This document shows, one piece after another, positions 1-10,948 of a stretch of 64,000 nucleotides of DNA. Positions within the stretch are counted from its first letter, which is position 1; each line of letters starts with the position of its first letter. Under the pieces are notes generated by a model, which saw only the letters and a program-made list of their open reading frames with translations, had not been told where the DNA came from and did no database searches. The stretch is from a virus. The DNA is taken from IMG/VR virus record IMGVR_UViG_3300002835_000018; one strand, given 5' to 3'. A program made the position numbers and the translations under genes.

Positions 1-1677
1 ACAAATAGTTTAAGTGTTGGATTTAATAATGGTTTTGATTCTGGAGTAGCTTTAATAAAATTAGGTGCTAATGATTTTAATCAACAGTTTACAAACATAA
101 TAATTGTTTATAAAGGCCCAACTGAACCATTATCTTTAGCCTTAAATGGAACACAACAAGATCTTTTTTTTGATGGCACAACACCAAGTCCAGACACATT
201 AGATTATTCAATACCGTTTAGCACAGAGAGAATAGTTGATAATACAAATTTATTTTTTATAACCAACACCTCTAGTGGCTATCAATTAGATGATTTAAGA
301 ATATATGACGAAGCAATTGATTCTACAGAAATAGCACAAATACAAACTATCTACTGTAATGAGATAACTACTGAAACACAATTAGTCATAACTACTCAAC
401 CAACAGGCACTTACACCAATGTTGCTTTAGGTGCTACAGTCATAGAGGTTAGAGATGCTTACAATCAAGTAGTAACTTCTTCTAATTTACGAGTTACAGC
501 AGAAATATATACTGGAACAGGAACATTTGTTGGTACAACTATGGTTCAAGCCGTAGATGGTATAGCAACATTTTCAAATTTAAAAATATATCCAGGTGGA
601 GATTTTACTTTAAGGTTTACAAACCCATGTATAACTCCTGCCATAAGTGACAGCTTTTCACTAATTTATTTTTTGGACTCAATAAATGTTGGAATACCAA
701 ATGTTTCATTGTTTATTAAAAACGCAGAAGAAAATAATGTAAGCTTATTTACTCATGGAAATAAAGATTATATTAAAACCATGACGATGTTTTTAAAGTC
801 AAACCCTATCTCTGCATTAAGTTTGTTTGTTAAATCAAATGCTAAAAATACTTCTTTAAAAAATCTATATGTTAGAGGTGCTTATTCAAATACATCAACA
901 TTGTTCATAGAAGGTGCTGGAAGAAGCACAAGAATCAGAAGGTTGTTCACTAAATCATTTCCAGAAAATTCAATGCCATTATTTATAATTTCAAACATGC
1001 AATCAAATTTAACTATGTTTGTAAAATGCATAGTTGATGACAAAATGCAATTGTTTTTAAAACAAGATCCGCAAAAAATGTTGCCTCTTTATATTAGTGG
1101 ACCAAAAAGAATAGCTTTCAATGGCAAAACAAACCTTTATATGCAAGGCGATGAGGCAGTAAGAATATTTTATAGAGGAATGAATCTTTTTGTTAGAAGC
1201 TCTGAACAGCAAAGTCTAAATTTATATATGGAAGTTCCATTAATAGGTGATCTTTCTAGTGGTATGAGCTTGTATACACAATCTTTAACAATTAAGAAAA
1301 ATATTGAAAATTATTTAAATCTAACATTGTTTAATGACATTTTGGGAAAAACCATAGAGAAAACACTTTACATAGAAGGAACTGGAACATCTCAGGGTTA
1401 TCTGCCAAATAATGGGCAAATAGACTTGTTTGTATCTAGAGATAATGAACATTATGCAAATATTATGAATTTATTTACAGAAGGTAAAGCATCCTTAAAT
1501 AATTATGTGGACTTATTTCAAAAAGGGCACGACAATTTAAATTCTTCTGTTAATTTAAGCATTCCAAATGTTGTAGTAGGAGCAGACAATAAACTGTATT
1601 TATATATACATGGGCTTAGTTTTTACACAAACCACTTTGCCGATATGGACATGTACATAAAAGTAGACGAGGTATAA
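1..1677 (+). CDS. Virion/tail-fibre-like protein, 5'-truncated: LamG-like end, Ig-like domain, then ~12-aa xLF/YxK/G repeats
   Basis: Frame 1 is open from base 1, so the ORF-track start at 541 is internal. It contains YQLDDLRIYDEAIDSTEI (LamG-type C-terminal motif), LVITTQP...VRDAYNQVV...GIATFSNL (Ig-like) and many NVSLFIK/MxLFxK/LYIEG repeats. Confidence 0.6.
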   Translation, partial: TNSLSVGFNNGFDSGVALIKLGANDFNQQFTNIIIVYKGPTEPLSLALNGTQQDLFFDGTTPSPDTLDYSIPFSTERIVDNTNLFFITNTSSGYQLDDLRIYDEAIDSTEIAQIQTIYCNEITTETQLVITTQPTGTYTNVALGATVIEVRDAYNQVVTSSNLRVTAEIYTGTGTFVGTTMVQAVDGIATFSNLKIYPGGDFTLRFTNPCITPAISDSFSLIYFLDSINVGIPNVSLFIKNAEENNVSLFTHGNKDYIKTMTMFLKSNPISALSLFVKSNAKNTSLKNLYVRGAYSNTSTLFIEGAGRSTRIRRLFTKSFPENSMPLFIISNMQSNLTMFVKCIVDDKMQLFLKQDPQKMLPLYISGPKRIAFNGKTNLYMQGDEAVRIFYRGMNLFVRSSEQQSLNLYMEVPLIGDLSSGMSLYTQSLTIKKNIENYLNLTLFNDILGKTIEKTLYIEGTGTSQGYLPNNGQIDLFVSRDNEHYANIMNLFTEGKASLNNYVDLFQKGHDNLNSSVNLSIPNVVVGADNKLYLYIHGLSFYTNHFADMDMYIKVDEV

Positions 1678-1678
1678 A

Positions 1679-2962
1679 ATGCCAGCAATTTTCAATGGCT
1701 TACAATTAGACCCAATACAATCAGTAAGCGTATCTCAACAAACAGAGTTTTTGACAAGTGGAAAGCTATCAAAGTATCTTTTTAACATATCTGTAAAAGG
1801 AAAAATAGTAGCTTCTCAAAGTGCAAAAAATGCTACAAAACACACTTGGATACTCGGACAACAACAAACCATAAATTCAAAGTGTGCGTATAGTTCAGAT
1901 GGTGAAACAAAAGACTTTTCATTTACATCTAGGAATGGAACTGGCACATTTTCTTGTAGCGGTAGGATAAAATCTGTTTCTTTTGATGAAGGAACTTGGG
2001 TTGATTATTCAGATTACACCATTGAAATGGAAGCTGATTCATTTACATATAATGGGGTAAAAGTTCCATCAAAAGATGAGATAAACTTAAATTTTGATGA
2101 GTCTTGGACTGTAGAAATAAATGATGAAGATAAAAGGTTTACAAAAGTATCTCATAAAATTTCTGCAAAATGTAAAGACATAAAAGATGCTAGTGGATGG
2201 ACTGCTGGATGGAAAAAAGCCAAAGCAAAAGTCGATGCAAACATAGCCGATACAATACCAAATGATATAAGTGGTGCTACTGATGGAACATTTAGCAATG
2301 CACACAATAGAAAGTTGTCTTATAGGTTAAATGTATTAACTGGTGAAGTTTCTGCTGATGTTGAATTATCATATCATGATCCAGCTAGTGGAGAATCTGC
2401 ATTAGCAAGTCATGATCAAACAATAACAGAAAAGAACGACTCTAATTCTTTTAGGGGAACAACTTCAATCAGTGGAACTATAACAGGATTAAACGGTGGA
2501 GATAATGATAGATATGGTCCAGCATCTGATTTGTGGGAAACTGTTAAGGATGGAATAATCGCAGATTATGAAGATGTTACAATTTTATCAACATCAGAAA
2601 CTCATGATCAGATTAAAGGAATAATTAGTTACGATTATCAAATAGAAGATTATCCTAAACCAGCAGATGGATCAAAAACTAGAAAGGTAAATATAACACA
2701 AATGGGTCCAGAAGCTAATCCACCAGATACATATGTAACACATCAAACAATATATGGGGGAAAAGGACCACTATTTCAAGATATTAGTATAAAAAAAGTT
2801 CATACAAAAACTGTAACAATAGAAGCTGTTTCTCTTACTGATCCCACATTAAATACGCTAGAATATGCTCCAGATGCTGATTATATAATCGAATCTGACA
2901 ATGTACAAAGAAACATTGCTGCTGGTAAAAAAACAAGAACCACAGTTTTTATATGGGAGTAA
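1679..2962 (+). CDS. Putative virion structural protein (paralog of next gene)
   Basis: 427 aa, beta-rich, S/T/G-rich; lies in the + strand structural operon; shares termini and internal motifs with 2966..4213. Confidence 0.55.
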   Translation: MPAIFNGLQLDPIQSVSVSQQTEFLTSGKLSKYLFNISVKGKIVASQSAKNATKHTWILGQQQTINSKCAYSSDGETKDFSFTSRNGTGTFSCSGRIKSVSFDEGTWVDYSDYTIEMEADSFTYNGVKVPSKDEINLNFDESWTVEINDEDKRFTKVSHKISAKCKDIKDASGWTAGWKKAKAKVDANIADTIPNDISGATDGTFSNAHNRKLSYRLNVLTGEVSADVELSYHDPASGESALASHDQTITEKNDSNSFRGTTSISGTITGLNGGDNDRYGPASDLWETVKDGIIADYEDVTILSTSETHDQIKGIISYDYQIEDYPKPADGSKTRKVNITQMGPEANPPDTYVTHQTIYGGKGPLFQDISIKKVHTKTVTIEAVSLTDPTLNTLEYAPDADYIIESDNVQRNIAAGKKTRTTVFIWE

Positions 2963-2965
2963 TAA

Positions 2966-4213
2966 ATGGCAATCACCCTTAATGGAACGACTATAATTCC
3001 AACACCGTTTGTAACAGCACAAACAGAAAATGAATTTAAAGAAAATGGCAAAGTAAAAAAGAGCGTATTAACAGTAACCTTAAAGGGAAAAGCACTTTCT
3101 CTTGAAAAACAAAATGGGGTAGTTGTAGATCTTGCACAAGCTGATGAAAAAGGAAGACTTGGTTATATAAATAGTGCTCATTCACTAATAGAAGGATTGG
3201 TTGTTCATTCTGTAAATGATCTATTTGTTACTGGAACAATGAGTGCCCCTTTTCTTTCTGGTAAGGTGAAATTAAAATCAAAATCTTATCAAATTGATGC
3301 GAGCAATGTTTTTGCTGATTACACAATAGTTTTTGAAAAAGTTTTATTTGAATCACAAGATGTTGATGAAAATTGGTCTTTAGATCCAGCAGATGAGTAT
3401 AACAGATTTGTAAAAGTAACAAGATCTAGAAGTATTACATTAAATAGTTCTGAAACTGCAACTTATCAATTAGCTATAGCAAAATTGCCAGCTTCATCTA
3501 GTTTTACTGATGGTGCAAGTTATTTGCCAGCCACAACAGGTTCGGCTTACAATAAAACGACTAACTATACAGTTAACACTGAAAAAAACTCAGTTGAATG
3601 CACAGAAAGTTGGACTGTATGCAATACAAGTGCTTTAGTTGAAGAAACATATTCTATAAAAGAATCTTCTGACTCAATTTATAAAACTTTCTCAAAACAA
3701 ATAAGTATAAAAGGACTTGCTGGTGAAGGAGGTGGAGATAAGTACGCAAACGCAAACGCATATTTTTCAACAATGACAATTCCAGAAATTGGAGATTCCT
3801 ATGAAGGTTCTGACACAGATAAAATAAAATCTATTTCTGTTTCAAGGAACATTATAAGTGGAACCATAACGGTAAACATGGATGCTTCTGGTGGAATTGA
3901 AGAGGATGGTGAGATTTATAGGACTGTAGATATAACTGATAATGTACCAACAGAATTTTATGCTTCTATTGCAGCAATTGGAAAAGAGTCAGGACCAATA
4001 TTACAAAGATTTGGAACTAAAAAACAGGGTAGTTTGTCTGTAAACATTACGGTAATATATAAGGATGGAGGTTATAATGAACCATCCGTTAGTAAGTATA
4101 AGCCTTCAGATGGAACCAGTTATTTTGTTGATAAAGATGAAATGACTTTTGATGAAAGAACTGGAAAAGTTACCAGAAGTATTACTTGGACTTATGGTGG
4201 GGAATTTGTTTAA
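2966..4213 (+). CDS. Putative virion structural protein (paralog of previous gene)
   Basis: MAITLNGTTIIP vs MPAIFNGLQLDP; DENWSLDPADEYNRFVKV vs DESWTVEINDEDKRFTKV; similar C-termini. Confidence 0.55.
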   Translation: MAITLNGTTIIPTPFVTAQTENEFKENGKVKKSVLTVTLKGKALSLEKQNGVVVDLAQADEKGRLGYINSAHSLIEGLVVHSVNDLFVTGTMSAPFLSGKVKLKSKSYQIDASNVFADYTIVFEKVLFESQDVDENWSLDPADEYNRFVKVTRSRSITLNSSETATYQLAIAKLPASSSFTDGASYLPATTGSAYNKTTNYTVNTEKNSVECTESWTVCNTSALVEETYSIKESSDSIYKTFSKQISIKGLAGEGGGDKYANANAYFSTMTIPEIGDSYEGSDTDKIKSISVSRNIISGTITVNMDASGGIEEDGEIYRTVDITDNVPTEFYASIAAIGKESGPILQRFGTKKQGSLSVNITVIYKDGGYNEPSVSKYKPSDGTSYFVDKDEMTFDERTGKVTRSITWTYGGEFV

Positions 4214-4239
4214 AAACAATTTTATTGGCGGGTCACAAA

Positions 4240-7200
4240 ATGGCATTTGATGTTCAAACATTTCTTGGTCTTAAGGTTATAGATTTTTCATCTAGTGTTG
4301 GATGGAATGATGCTGGTTCAACTTTAACAGTAAAAATGGCTCCCGAAGATGGTCAGACTATAGAGTCTTACACTATTGGTAAAGCTATGGACTTTAGTTT
4401 TAAAGGAAAATTTACCTTTGTTGGTTTTTTAGATAGGGTTGTAGAAAGGCATAGTAGCGGTGGAATTACTTATGAAGCTACATTAAGTGAGGGAAAAGAA
4501 ATCTTAAGAAATGTCCAATGTGTAGTTGGAAATTTTTACGGAAATAAAGATGATGGTGACTGTTTAGTTGATAATTATTTTAATGTTTTTAGATATTATG
4601 AAAAAAGTGGTTATGGACTAGCAAATTCAAATGCATCTGGAATGAGTGTTAATGCATTTGTTGCTGGCGTTGGAGCATTGTCTGGCATATGTGGGGTTAG
4701 AAGTGGCAATGAACGATATGGCGTTGATATATCTGCAATATTAACAGGTCTTCCTGATTACTATAGAATACCTGGGCCAAAAGTTGGCTTGCTAGATGTT
4801 GTTTCACAAATATGTGATGCTACTGGTCATATGTGGAGATTAGTTTTAGAAGGAAAAACTTTTAGGATAAAATTGCAATCTCTTGCACAAGATGCAGCCA
4901 ATCAAAAAGTTGTAGATAGCATAAAGACAATGGCGAAAAATAAAAAGTGCATATCTTGGGATGCTGGAAATGAAGCAGCAAATGGTGTTACTTGTAATTT
5001 TGTTGTGTGGGGTGGGGCAAAAGAACAAACCATATTGTTCGATAGAGGTTTTGATACATATACTGATCCAAATTCAGTTATTAAATACTATTGGGGTGTT
5101 GACATAAATGGAACCCCTCAGACAAAAATTAATTATGAGGTTAAAACATATTATAATCTTCTAGGACAAGCTTACACTTTAGAAGTAATGGAAAACATAA
5201 ATATTCCAGCTATTGGTATTGAAGATATAGAAGGCGGTAACTATTACTTAACAAATTCTTTAGAATTACAATGTGTTATGGGTTCTCAAGAATCTTGGGA
5301 ATTTTATCTTGAACTTTATGAACCAGGAAGATATGCAAATATTTTTTTAAGAGGGGCTAGAGATTGGGATGCTGATCGTCTTTATTGGAGCCGTTTTGGT
5401 GGTGCTGGTACAACTACATTAAGAAGATATTTTTCAGAAAAAGAAAATGATATTGGCGTAAGAAGAGCAGCAAGATTGTATTCATATTTAAAAAGTTATT
5501 GTGAAACATATTGGGGAAAACAATTTTTAGTTCAAGTAAATGGTGGGGGTAGTTCTAATCTTAAAGGAAGAGCGAATAACATCGGTCCTGATGGTGAAAC
5601 TAGCAAAACTGGAGGATTAACAGTAAGAAATAAACTAGAAAAAAAATCACCACAAGACTCATTAACGGATGAACAAAATGGAACATACAACATTCTTCCA
5701 TCTCAAAGTGGGTGGATGGACCCAACTCAAGTTGTTTCTAGTCCATTTGCAAGCATTCCAACACCAATATTTGATGGACAATTTAAAGACCCCAAAGGAA
5801 AACTGCAAAATTGGGCAGTCATACAAGCAACACCAGGAACATATCAAATAGATGACACAAGTGCAGACTGCTATGTGCTAGGAAATTACATTTATTTAAA
5901 ATTGACCGTTTCTGATAAATATATCATGGTTGATGGAAAAGAACATATTCATGTTTCTTTGCCACAATCTGTACTTTTACTAGGTCCAGAAAACGAAAGA
6001 TCAGAACTTGGGCATGATCCATTAGCAAGATTTCTTTTTGGGATATTTAATGGGGTAACTCAGATAGGTTCGTCTGATCTTTTCAAAGTTGGATTTATAC
6101 CAATCACTCCACGATTAATGGCAATAGGTCTTGTTGCTACCACTAATGATGCATATGGTCCTTGGTACATGAATAGTGGTAAAGGTGGTCTTACTAAAGT
6201 TGAAAATGATTCAAGCCTTACACCTTGGGAATTTGGCTCAGGTGCAAATTTAGGAGAAGTTTTTTCAAAAAAAATAAAAGACATACAACCAATTGACAAG
6301 TTTGAAACTGGAAGCTTGACAATGGTATCTGCTCCAGAGCATAGTCTTGGAGATGAGTTGGTTAAAAACGGTGCTATTGTAACATCTGTTGGTGTAAATT
6401 ATGGTCCTAATGGAGTAACAACCCAATACTCTTTTAGAACATTTACGCCAAGATTTGGTGTAACATCAGAAATTGTAATAAATAGAATGAGGCAACAAAC
6501 AGCAAGACAAAATGAAGACAGAAGAAATATTTTAAAAGCCTATATGGACACAATTGCACGACAACAGTCTGCAAATCGTTCAGAAATGGGCGGTAAGATA
6601 AGATCTTTCTTCTTAGACTTTTTAGGTCGAAGACATGACAGAATGAGTCCACATGCTTTAATGGTTATGGGTATTGGTATAGCTAATGCTGGTCCTGGTG
6701 CATATTTTGGTATTGGTATGTACTCAAGAACAAAAACTCTTGGTGCATCATATAAGCAAAATGAATCAATGAAAGATCTTGCTGATAAAGAGCTTGATTC
6801 TGTACAAATAAATTCTAAAGCAGTCGCATCAATGGATACATTATATGTTCCATTTAGAAATAATTTTGCAAATAGTGGTGGAGCATTTGAATCAACATCT
6901 GGATACTTGCCACATTGCTGGCCAGTAACACCAGATGTTTTAGTTACTCAAAAATTTACAAATTATAGAGATCCACAATATGAAAGAGGCGATAAATTAG
7001 TTGATATTAGACAAGGTAAAGTTCCAACATCTATAACATACAATCCTTTTAAAAGATTTTGTCATTTTGACACATTGATAGATTGTAATCAAAACTATTG
7101 GGATAATCATAATGAACCAACAAAATATTTTTCAACCGCAGGATCTGTAGGTGCTGGCTCTCAACCTATAGATGTTAATGCTATTGCTCTTCGTGGACCA

Positions 7201-9039
7201 CTGATGGTTTCTGGATGGGGAGTTGATCTTTGGTCAGGTTATGTTGTACCAAATGCAGATCAAGGATTTATCAATGATTATGGTTTAACACACAAGTTTA
7301 CTCCAGATCCTTATGTTGTTCCAAATGCTCCTTGGGAAGCAGCACAAAACAAACTAACTGGCCCAGTTGATCTTGTATGGGATTCAGCAAGGGGTGTGTG
7401 GACTTCTCATGATGTTGTTAGGGTGCAATCATCGAATAATATTGCAGGAAGCAATTTCACATGCAATACATCTGGAAGACTTTCGTATGCATTTATGCAA
7501 ATGTATACTAATGATCTGTTGAGTAATCAGTATGTTCAAGTCTATAATCTTTCAAGCAAACCTCAAATAAGAAATACTCAAACTCTTGCACACTATTCTG
7601 TTTTTGACAATAGGTGGTATATAAAGGGCGAAGGTTCAATACCTAGATACAATGATTTAAAAGTACAAGCAAAAATATATGAGGCATTATGTCCAAAAGA
7701 AGCAAATTGTAAAATCAACATCACAAGTGGTGTCCCAACAGAGGGAGAGAATAAAAGTGCATATAATTACTATGCAGATTTTGAAGTAACAGAACATGTA
7801 ACAGATATTTACACAGTCCCGATACGACAGGATGATGGCAAAACAATAGAATGTCCAGAACATAAGTCTGTAGATGTCATACGAACATTTGGTATGAGTG
7901 AAGGTGTGCCATATGTTGATGGTATAACAACATGTCCAGATGGAACAATAGTTCCAATCATAAATACATTGTGGTTTTGGCATGGTCTTGCAAAAGAAGT
8001 AATTTTGCCAGAAGAGGGTTCAGAATGTGAGGGGCATGAAGATCCTGATACTACTAGTACTACTAGTGCCCCAACTACTACTCCAACCACTACTCCTGCA
8101 CCACCAGGATATTGTGTTGTTGAAACAGGAGTGGGAACACAGTGTTATAACTGTAGTGCAGATTGTGGAGCCGAACTTGTTTTACAAGGACCATACCCAC
8201 TAGCTGAATGCGAATCATATTTACCAGGACTTAATGCTGGTTGCTCAATGACACTTGTTTTTGATGATCCATGCTTTAGTTGTTATTATGATGCAAATGG
8301 AGAATATACTGGTCCAAATAAAGTTGAAAATTGTAATATGGATAGGGATCAGCAAAATGCAAATATACCAGCATGTACTACTACTACTACGCCAGCACCT
8401 TGTGATACATACTACTTATATCAAAATGAAGAGACATTTTGTCATTATTGTTCAACAGCACCAAATGGCACTGGAGGATATCCAGGAACATTAATCGATG
8501 GAGTTTGTGAAAATGGTTGCGAAGCTGCAAGAGCAATAGCTGATTCTGAAGACCCAAGATGTCAAGGTTGCTATAAGATTACTGGTGGTTGTGATCAAAG
8601 CACTTGTTACACATGTAGAAGTTGTGAAACTGGTGAATCGGGAGAGTATACAAATTTAGATGATTGTATGCAACAAGCAGATTCACAAAATGCTCAATGT
8701 GATCCAATATGTACAACAACCAGTACCACTACTACAACTCCTGATCCTACAACTAGTACTACAACAACTACTCCTGCCCCAACATGCGTAACTGTTGTTG
8801 AAGCTGTTGTATGTTCCCCACAAAGTCCTGGTGATGGTTATGTTAGTGGTGGTGGCGATATATGGACAAAAAGTGTTAGTGTTGCAAAATGTTCAACACA
8901 ACCTCTTCCTCCAGCGGTTTTTGGCTCAAGTTTTCCAAATTTGGAAGTTAAACTACTAAGAGCAGAGCTTAAAGCTTTGACTAAAAAGTTTGTTCAATTG
9001 GTTGATGTCCTTGAGAAAAATGACATAAAGGTGTTTTAA
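4240..9039 (+). CDS. Large tail/baseplate-like protein with Cys-rich C-terminal modules and Thr/Pro linkers
   Basis: ~1600 aa (ORF track starts at TTG 4186; ATG 4240 preferred). The N-terminus resembles a tail hub; the C-terminal ~350 aa is very Cys-rich with TTTTPAP linkers and a short terminal coiled coil. Confidence 0.6.
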   Translation: MAFDVQTFLGLKVIDFSSSVGWNDAGSTLTVKMAPEDGQTIESYTIGKAMDFSFKGKFTFVGFLDRVVERHSSGGITYEATLSEGKEILRNVQCVVGNFYGNKDDGDCLVDNYFNVFRYYEKSGYGLANSNASGMSVNAFVAGVGALSGICGVRSGNERYGVDISAILTGLPDYYRIPGPKVGLLDVVSQICDATGHMWRLVLEGKTFRIKLQSLAQDAANQKVVDSIKTMAKNKKCISWDAGNEAANGVTCNFVVWGGAKEQTILFDRGFDTYTDPNSVIKYYWGVDINGTPQTKINYEVKTYYNLLGQAYTLEVMENINIPAIGIEDIEGGNYYLTNSLELQCVMGSQESWEFYLELYEPGRYANIFLRGARDWDADRLYWSRFGGAGTTTLRRYFSEKENDIGVRRAARLYSYLKSYCETYWGKQFLVQVNGGGSSNLKGRANNIGPDGETSKTGGLTVRNKLEKKSPQDSLTDEQNGTYNILPSQSGWMDPTQVVSSPFASIPTPIFDGQFKDPKGKLQNWAVIQATPGTYQIDDTSADCYVLGNYIYLKLTVSDKYIMVDGKEHIHVSLPQSVLLLGPENERSELGHDPLARFLFGIFNGVTQIGSSDLFKVGFIPITPRLMAIGLVATTNDAYGPWYMNSGKGGLTKVENDSSLTPWEFGSGANLGEVFSKKIKDIQPIDKFETGSLTMVSAPEHSLGDELVKNGAIVTSVGVNYGPNGVTTQYSFRTFTPRFGVTSEIVINRMRQQTARQNEDRRNILKAYMDTIARQQSANRSEMGGKIRSFFLDFLGRRHDRMSPHALMVMGIGIANAGPGAYFGIGMYSRTKTLGASYKQNESMKDLADKELDSVQINSKAVASMDTLYVPFRNNFANSGGAFESTSGYLPHCWPVTPDVLVTQKFTNYRDPQYERGDKLVDIRQGKVPTSITYNPFKRFCHFDTLIDCNQNYWDNHNEPTKYFSTAGSVGAGSQPIDVNAIALRGPLMVSGWGVDLWSGYVVPNADQGFINDYGLTHKFTPDPYVVPNAPWEAAQNKLTGPVDLVWDSARGVWTSHDVVRVQSSNNIAGSNFTCNTSGRLSYAFMQMYTNDLLSNQYVQVYNLSSKPQIRNTQTLAHYSVFDNRWYIKGEGSIPRYNDLKVQAKIYEALCPKEANCKINITSGVPTEGENKSAYNYYADFEVTEHVTDIYTVPIRQDDGKTIECPEHKSVDVIRTFGMSEGVPYVDGITTCPDGTIVPIINTLWFWHGLAKEVILPEEGSECEGHEDPDTTSTTSAPTTTPTTTPAPPGYCVVETGVGTQCYNCSADCGAELVLQGPYPLAECESYLPGLNAGCSMTLVFDDPCFSCYYDANGEYTGPNKVENCNMDRDQQNANIPACTTTTTPAPCDTYYLYQNEETFCHYCSTAPNGTGGYPGTLIDGVCENGCEAARAIADSEDPRCQGCYKITGGCDQSTCYTCRSCETGESGEYTNLDDCMQQADSQNAQCDPICTTTSTTTTTPDPTTSTTTTTPAPTCVTVVEAVVCSPQSPGDGYVSGGGDIWTKSVSVAKCSTQPLPPAVFGSSFPNLEVKLLRAELKALTKKFVQLVDVLEKNDIKVF
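8041..8784 (+). repeat. Three Thr/Pro-rich (ACT/ACA) low-complexity linkers within the large tail protein
   Basis: DPDTTSTTSAPTTTPTTTPAPP (8041-8106), CTTTTTPAP (8374-8400), TTTSTTTTTPDPTTSTTTTTPAPT (8713-8784). Confidence 0.9.
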
Positions 9040-9040
9040 T

Positions 9041-10312
9041 ATGCCATGTAATTGTTGCACACCAGGTGGTTGTAAATGCAGAGTGCCAAAGAATGATCCA
9101 AATGCTGAAGTTGAATCATTTGACACTTATCCATTTTCATATAACATGGGTTATAAAATTGCTCCTTGGATACATAGGAAATACCCAAAACCAATGTCAA
9201 CGCTAACATGGTTGCCATTAATTAGTCCAGGAAATGGTTCACAGTACATAGCAGACAATGCAACTTTTAAAGAAAATGGAGATCTTTATTGGGCTGGAGA
9301 TATAGGGTGGCAAGCTCAGAGTAGAAGTGGTACACCAGCAGGATATGGTTCAGTTACATCAGGACTTTCTGGTTCAGTATTTTCTGGATATCTTGTTGAA
9401 GATTGGGATGGAGATAGTTCAGCTTGGCTAGGTGCTCCAGGTGGAGTTAATCCAGCACATGTACTTTCAATTTTTAGCCTTGAAGAAAAACAAGATAATG
9501 TTAAAAGAGAATGTCAATTATGGGCAAAATTCACAAAAGCAACTTTGTTCCAAGACGAAGAAAATGGACTCTATTATTACAATGTACAAGACTGGTCTGA
9601 GCCAGAAATAATTCATTCTGTAAAATGGGATGAACCAACTGGGCCTATGATTATTGTTGATGTACCAAGCAAATACTTTAACGGTCCAGATGGGGTAGAA
9701 CTAAGATATTTTTGTACTGATCCATGTGGTGCAGATGCAACGAATGGATCAACTTGGATTATAAATGGGCAAGCAAGCTATATAACTGAATCAGTAATAG
9801 AATTTCCATTAGATTATTGTAAATCATATGGTAAAGGTGAGACAACTACAAAAGTTGAATATGTAGATTGTGGCATAGCTAGTTTCACCGTAATAAATAA
9901 ATCTGAAAAACTATTTTTGTCTGTATATCAAAGTTGTGGTTATCAATATGGTTTTGGACTAAGTTTTTTTACTCCTTCGGTTCCTGGTTTTTGCGGTGTC
10001 CAACCTCCTGAGCCTTGCCAAGACCAATACCAGAATCCTTATACCTGTTGCGGTAACACATGGGGTGGATATACACAAGAAGCCGATGGAACAACTAGTT
10101 GTTCGTATTTCCATTCACTTCCACCTGGGGCTTATTTTCAAGAAGATCATTACAATAGACAACTAATAGACTCAAAAACAGTAATACTAAACGGTATTTG
10201 GACTAATTATCCTGATAGTTGGACTCTTTCTTATAATTGCTCAACAATGAAAGGTACACAAGATCCTTCTGTAGAATATAAACTTGGAACTGTGGTTGTA
10301 ACTGGTGTATAA
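9041..10312 (+). CDS. Cys-rich putative virion/receptor-binding protein
   Basis: Starts MPCNCCTPGGCKC; G/Y/W/C-rich; directly follows the large tail protein. Confidence 0.5.
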   Translation: MPCNCCTPGGCKCRVPKNDPNAEVESFDTYPFSYNMGYKIAPWIHRKYPKPMSTLTWLPLISPGNGSQYIADNATFKENGDLYWAGDIGWQAQSRSGTPAGYGSVTSGLSGSVFSGYLVEDWDGDSSAWLGAPGGVNPAHVLSIFSLEEKQDNVKRECQLWAKFTKATLFQDEENGLYYYNVQDWSEPEIIHSVKWDEPTGPMIIVDVPSKYFNGPDGVELRYFCTDPCGADATNGSTWIINGQASYITESVIEFPLDYCKSYGKGETTTKVEYVDCGIASFTVINKSEKLFLSVYQSCGYQYGFGLSFFTPSVPGFCGVQPPEPCQDQYQNPYTCCGNTWGGYTQEADGTTSCSYFHSLPPGAYFQEDHYNRQLIDSKTVILNGIWTNYPDSWTLSYNCSTMKGTQDPSVEYKLGTVVVTGV

Positions 10313-10313
10313 T
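10304..10313 (+). promoter_or_regulatory. Putative phage promoter motif GGTGTATAAT
   Basis: Precedes RBS AGGAGA and ATG 10337; similar motifs recur upstream of other genes. Confidence 0.4.
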
Positions 10314-10336
10314 ATTATGTACATAGGAGAAAAAAT

Positions 10337-10948
10337 ATGGCTACAATTAGTTTTTTTGCTGGCGATGCTTCTCTTGAAAACATTATATCTAGCGGTATAG
10401 GTTTTTATGGGTCTAGCGGTTTTGGGTCATCTGTTGCTGTTGGACAATATCAGGATGATACCTATATAACCGATAGTCAAGGTGCAACAAATGGCGGTAA
10501 AGCCAAAAATATAAAGTATTTTAACACTGCATCTGGTTATCCTAACGGTAGTGCTGCAAGGCACTTACGAACAATAGCAAATGGTCTTGCCACTTTAAAT
10601 GTTAGATTTACCCATACCACTGGGGTAAAAACTCAAAATACAAAACTTAGAATTTATGACAGGACAAGTATATCTAATGAAGCAAGCGGTGTTACTACCA
10701 AAGTTGCAGAATTGATTCATCCAGCTTCAAATGAAGATTTGATTGGCTCTGGAAGCAATACTTGGTCAACGCCAGCAGGAACTGGCTATATGACCCTTAC
10801 AGATTCTCCTGGTACATCAGGATTAAGCCCAAGTGGTTCTAACACTATTGATAGTAGACATGATTGGTACTTAGCACTTTCTGCTAGTCCAGATACGATT
10901 GGATCTAAGACTCAGTATGCTCTTTGGGTTGAGCTTGAATATCTCTAA
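10337..10948 (+). CDS. Putative virion structural protein
   Basis: 203 aa, G/S/T-rich, strong RBS; last gene of the + strand block. Confidence 0.55.
   Translation: MATISFFAGDASLENIISSGIGFYGSSGFGSSVAVGQYQDDTYITDSQGATNGGKAKNIKYFNTASGYPNGSAARHLRTIANGLATLNVRFTHTTGVKTQNTKLRIYDRTSISNEASGVTTKVAELIHPASNEDLIGSGSNTWSTPAGTGYMTLTDSPGTSGLSPSGSNTIDSRHDWYLALSASPDTIGSKTQYALWVELEYL

Noticed and set aside
4240-10312. Diversity-generating retroelement targeting tail proteins
   Set aside because: No reverse transcriptase and no adenine-mismatched template/variable repeat pair was seen in the window.
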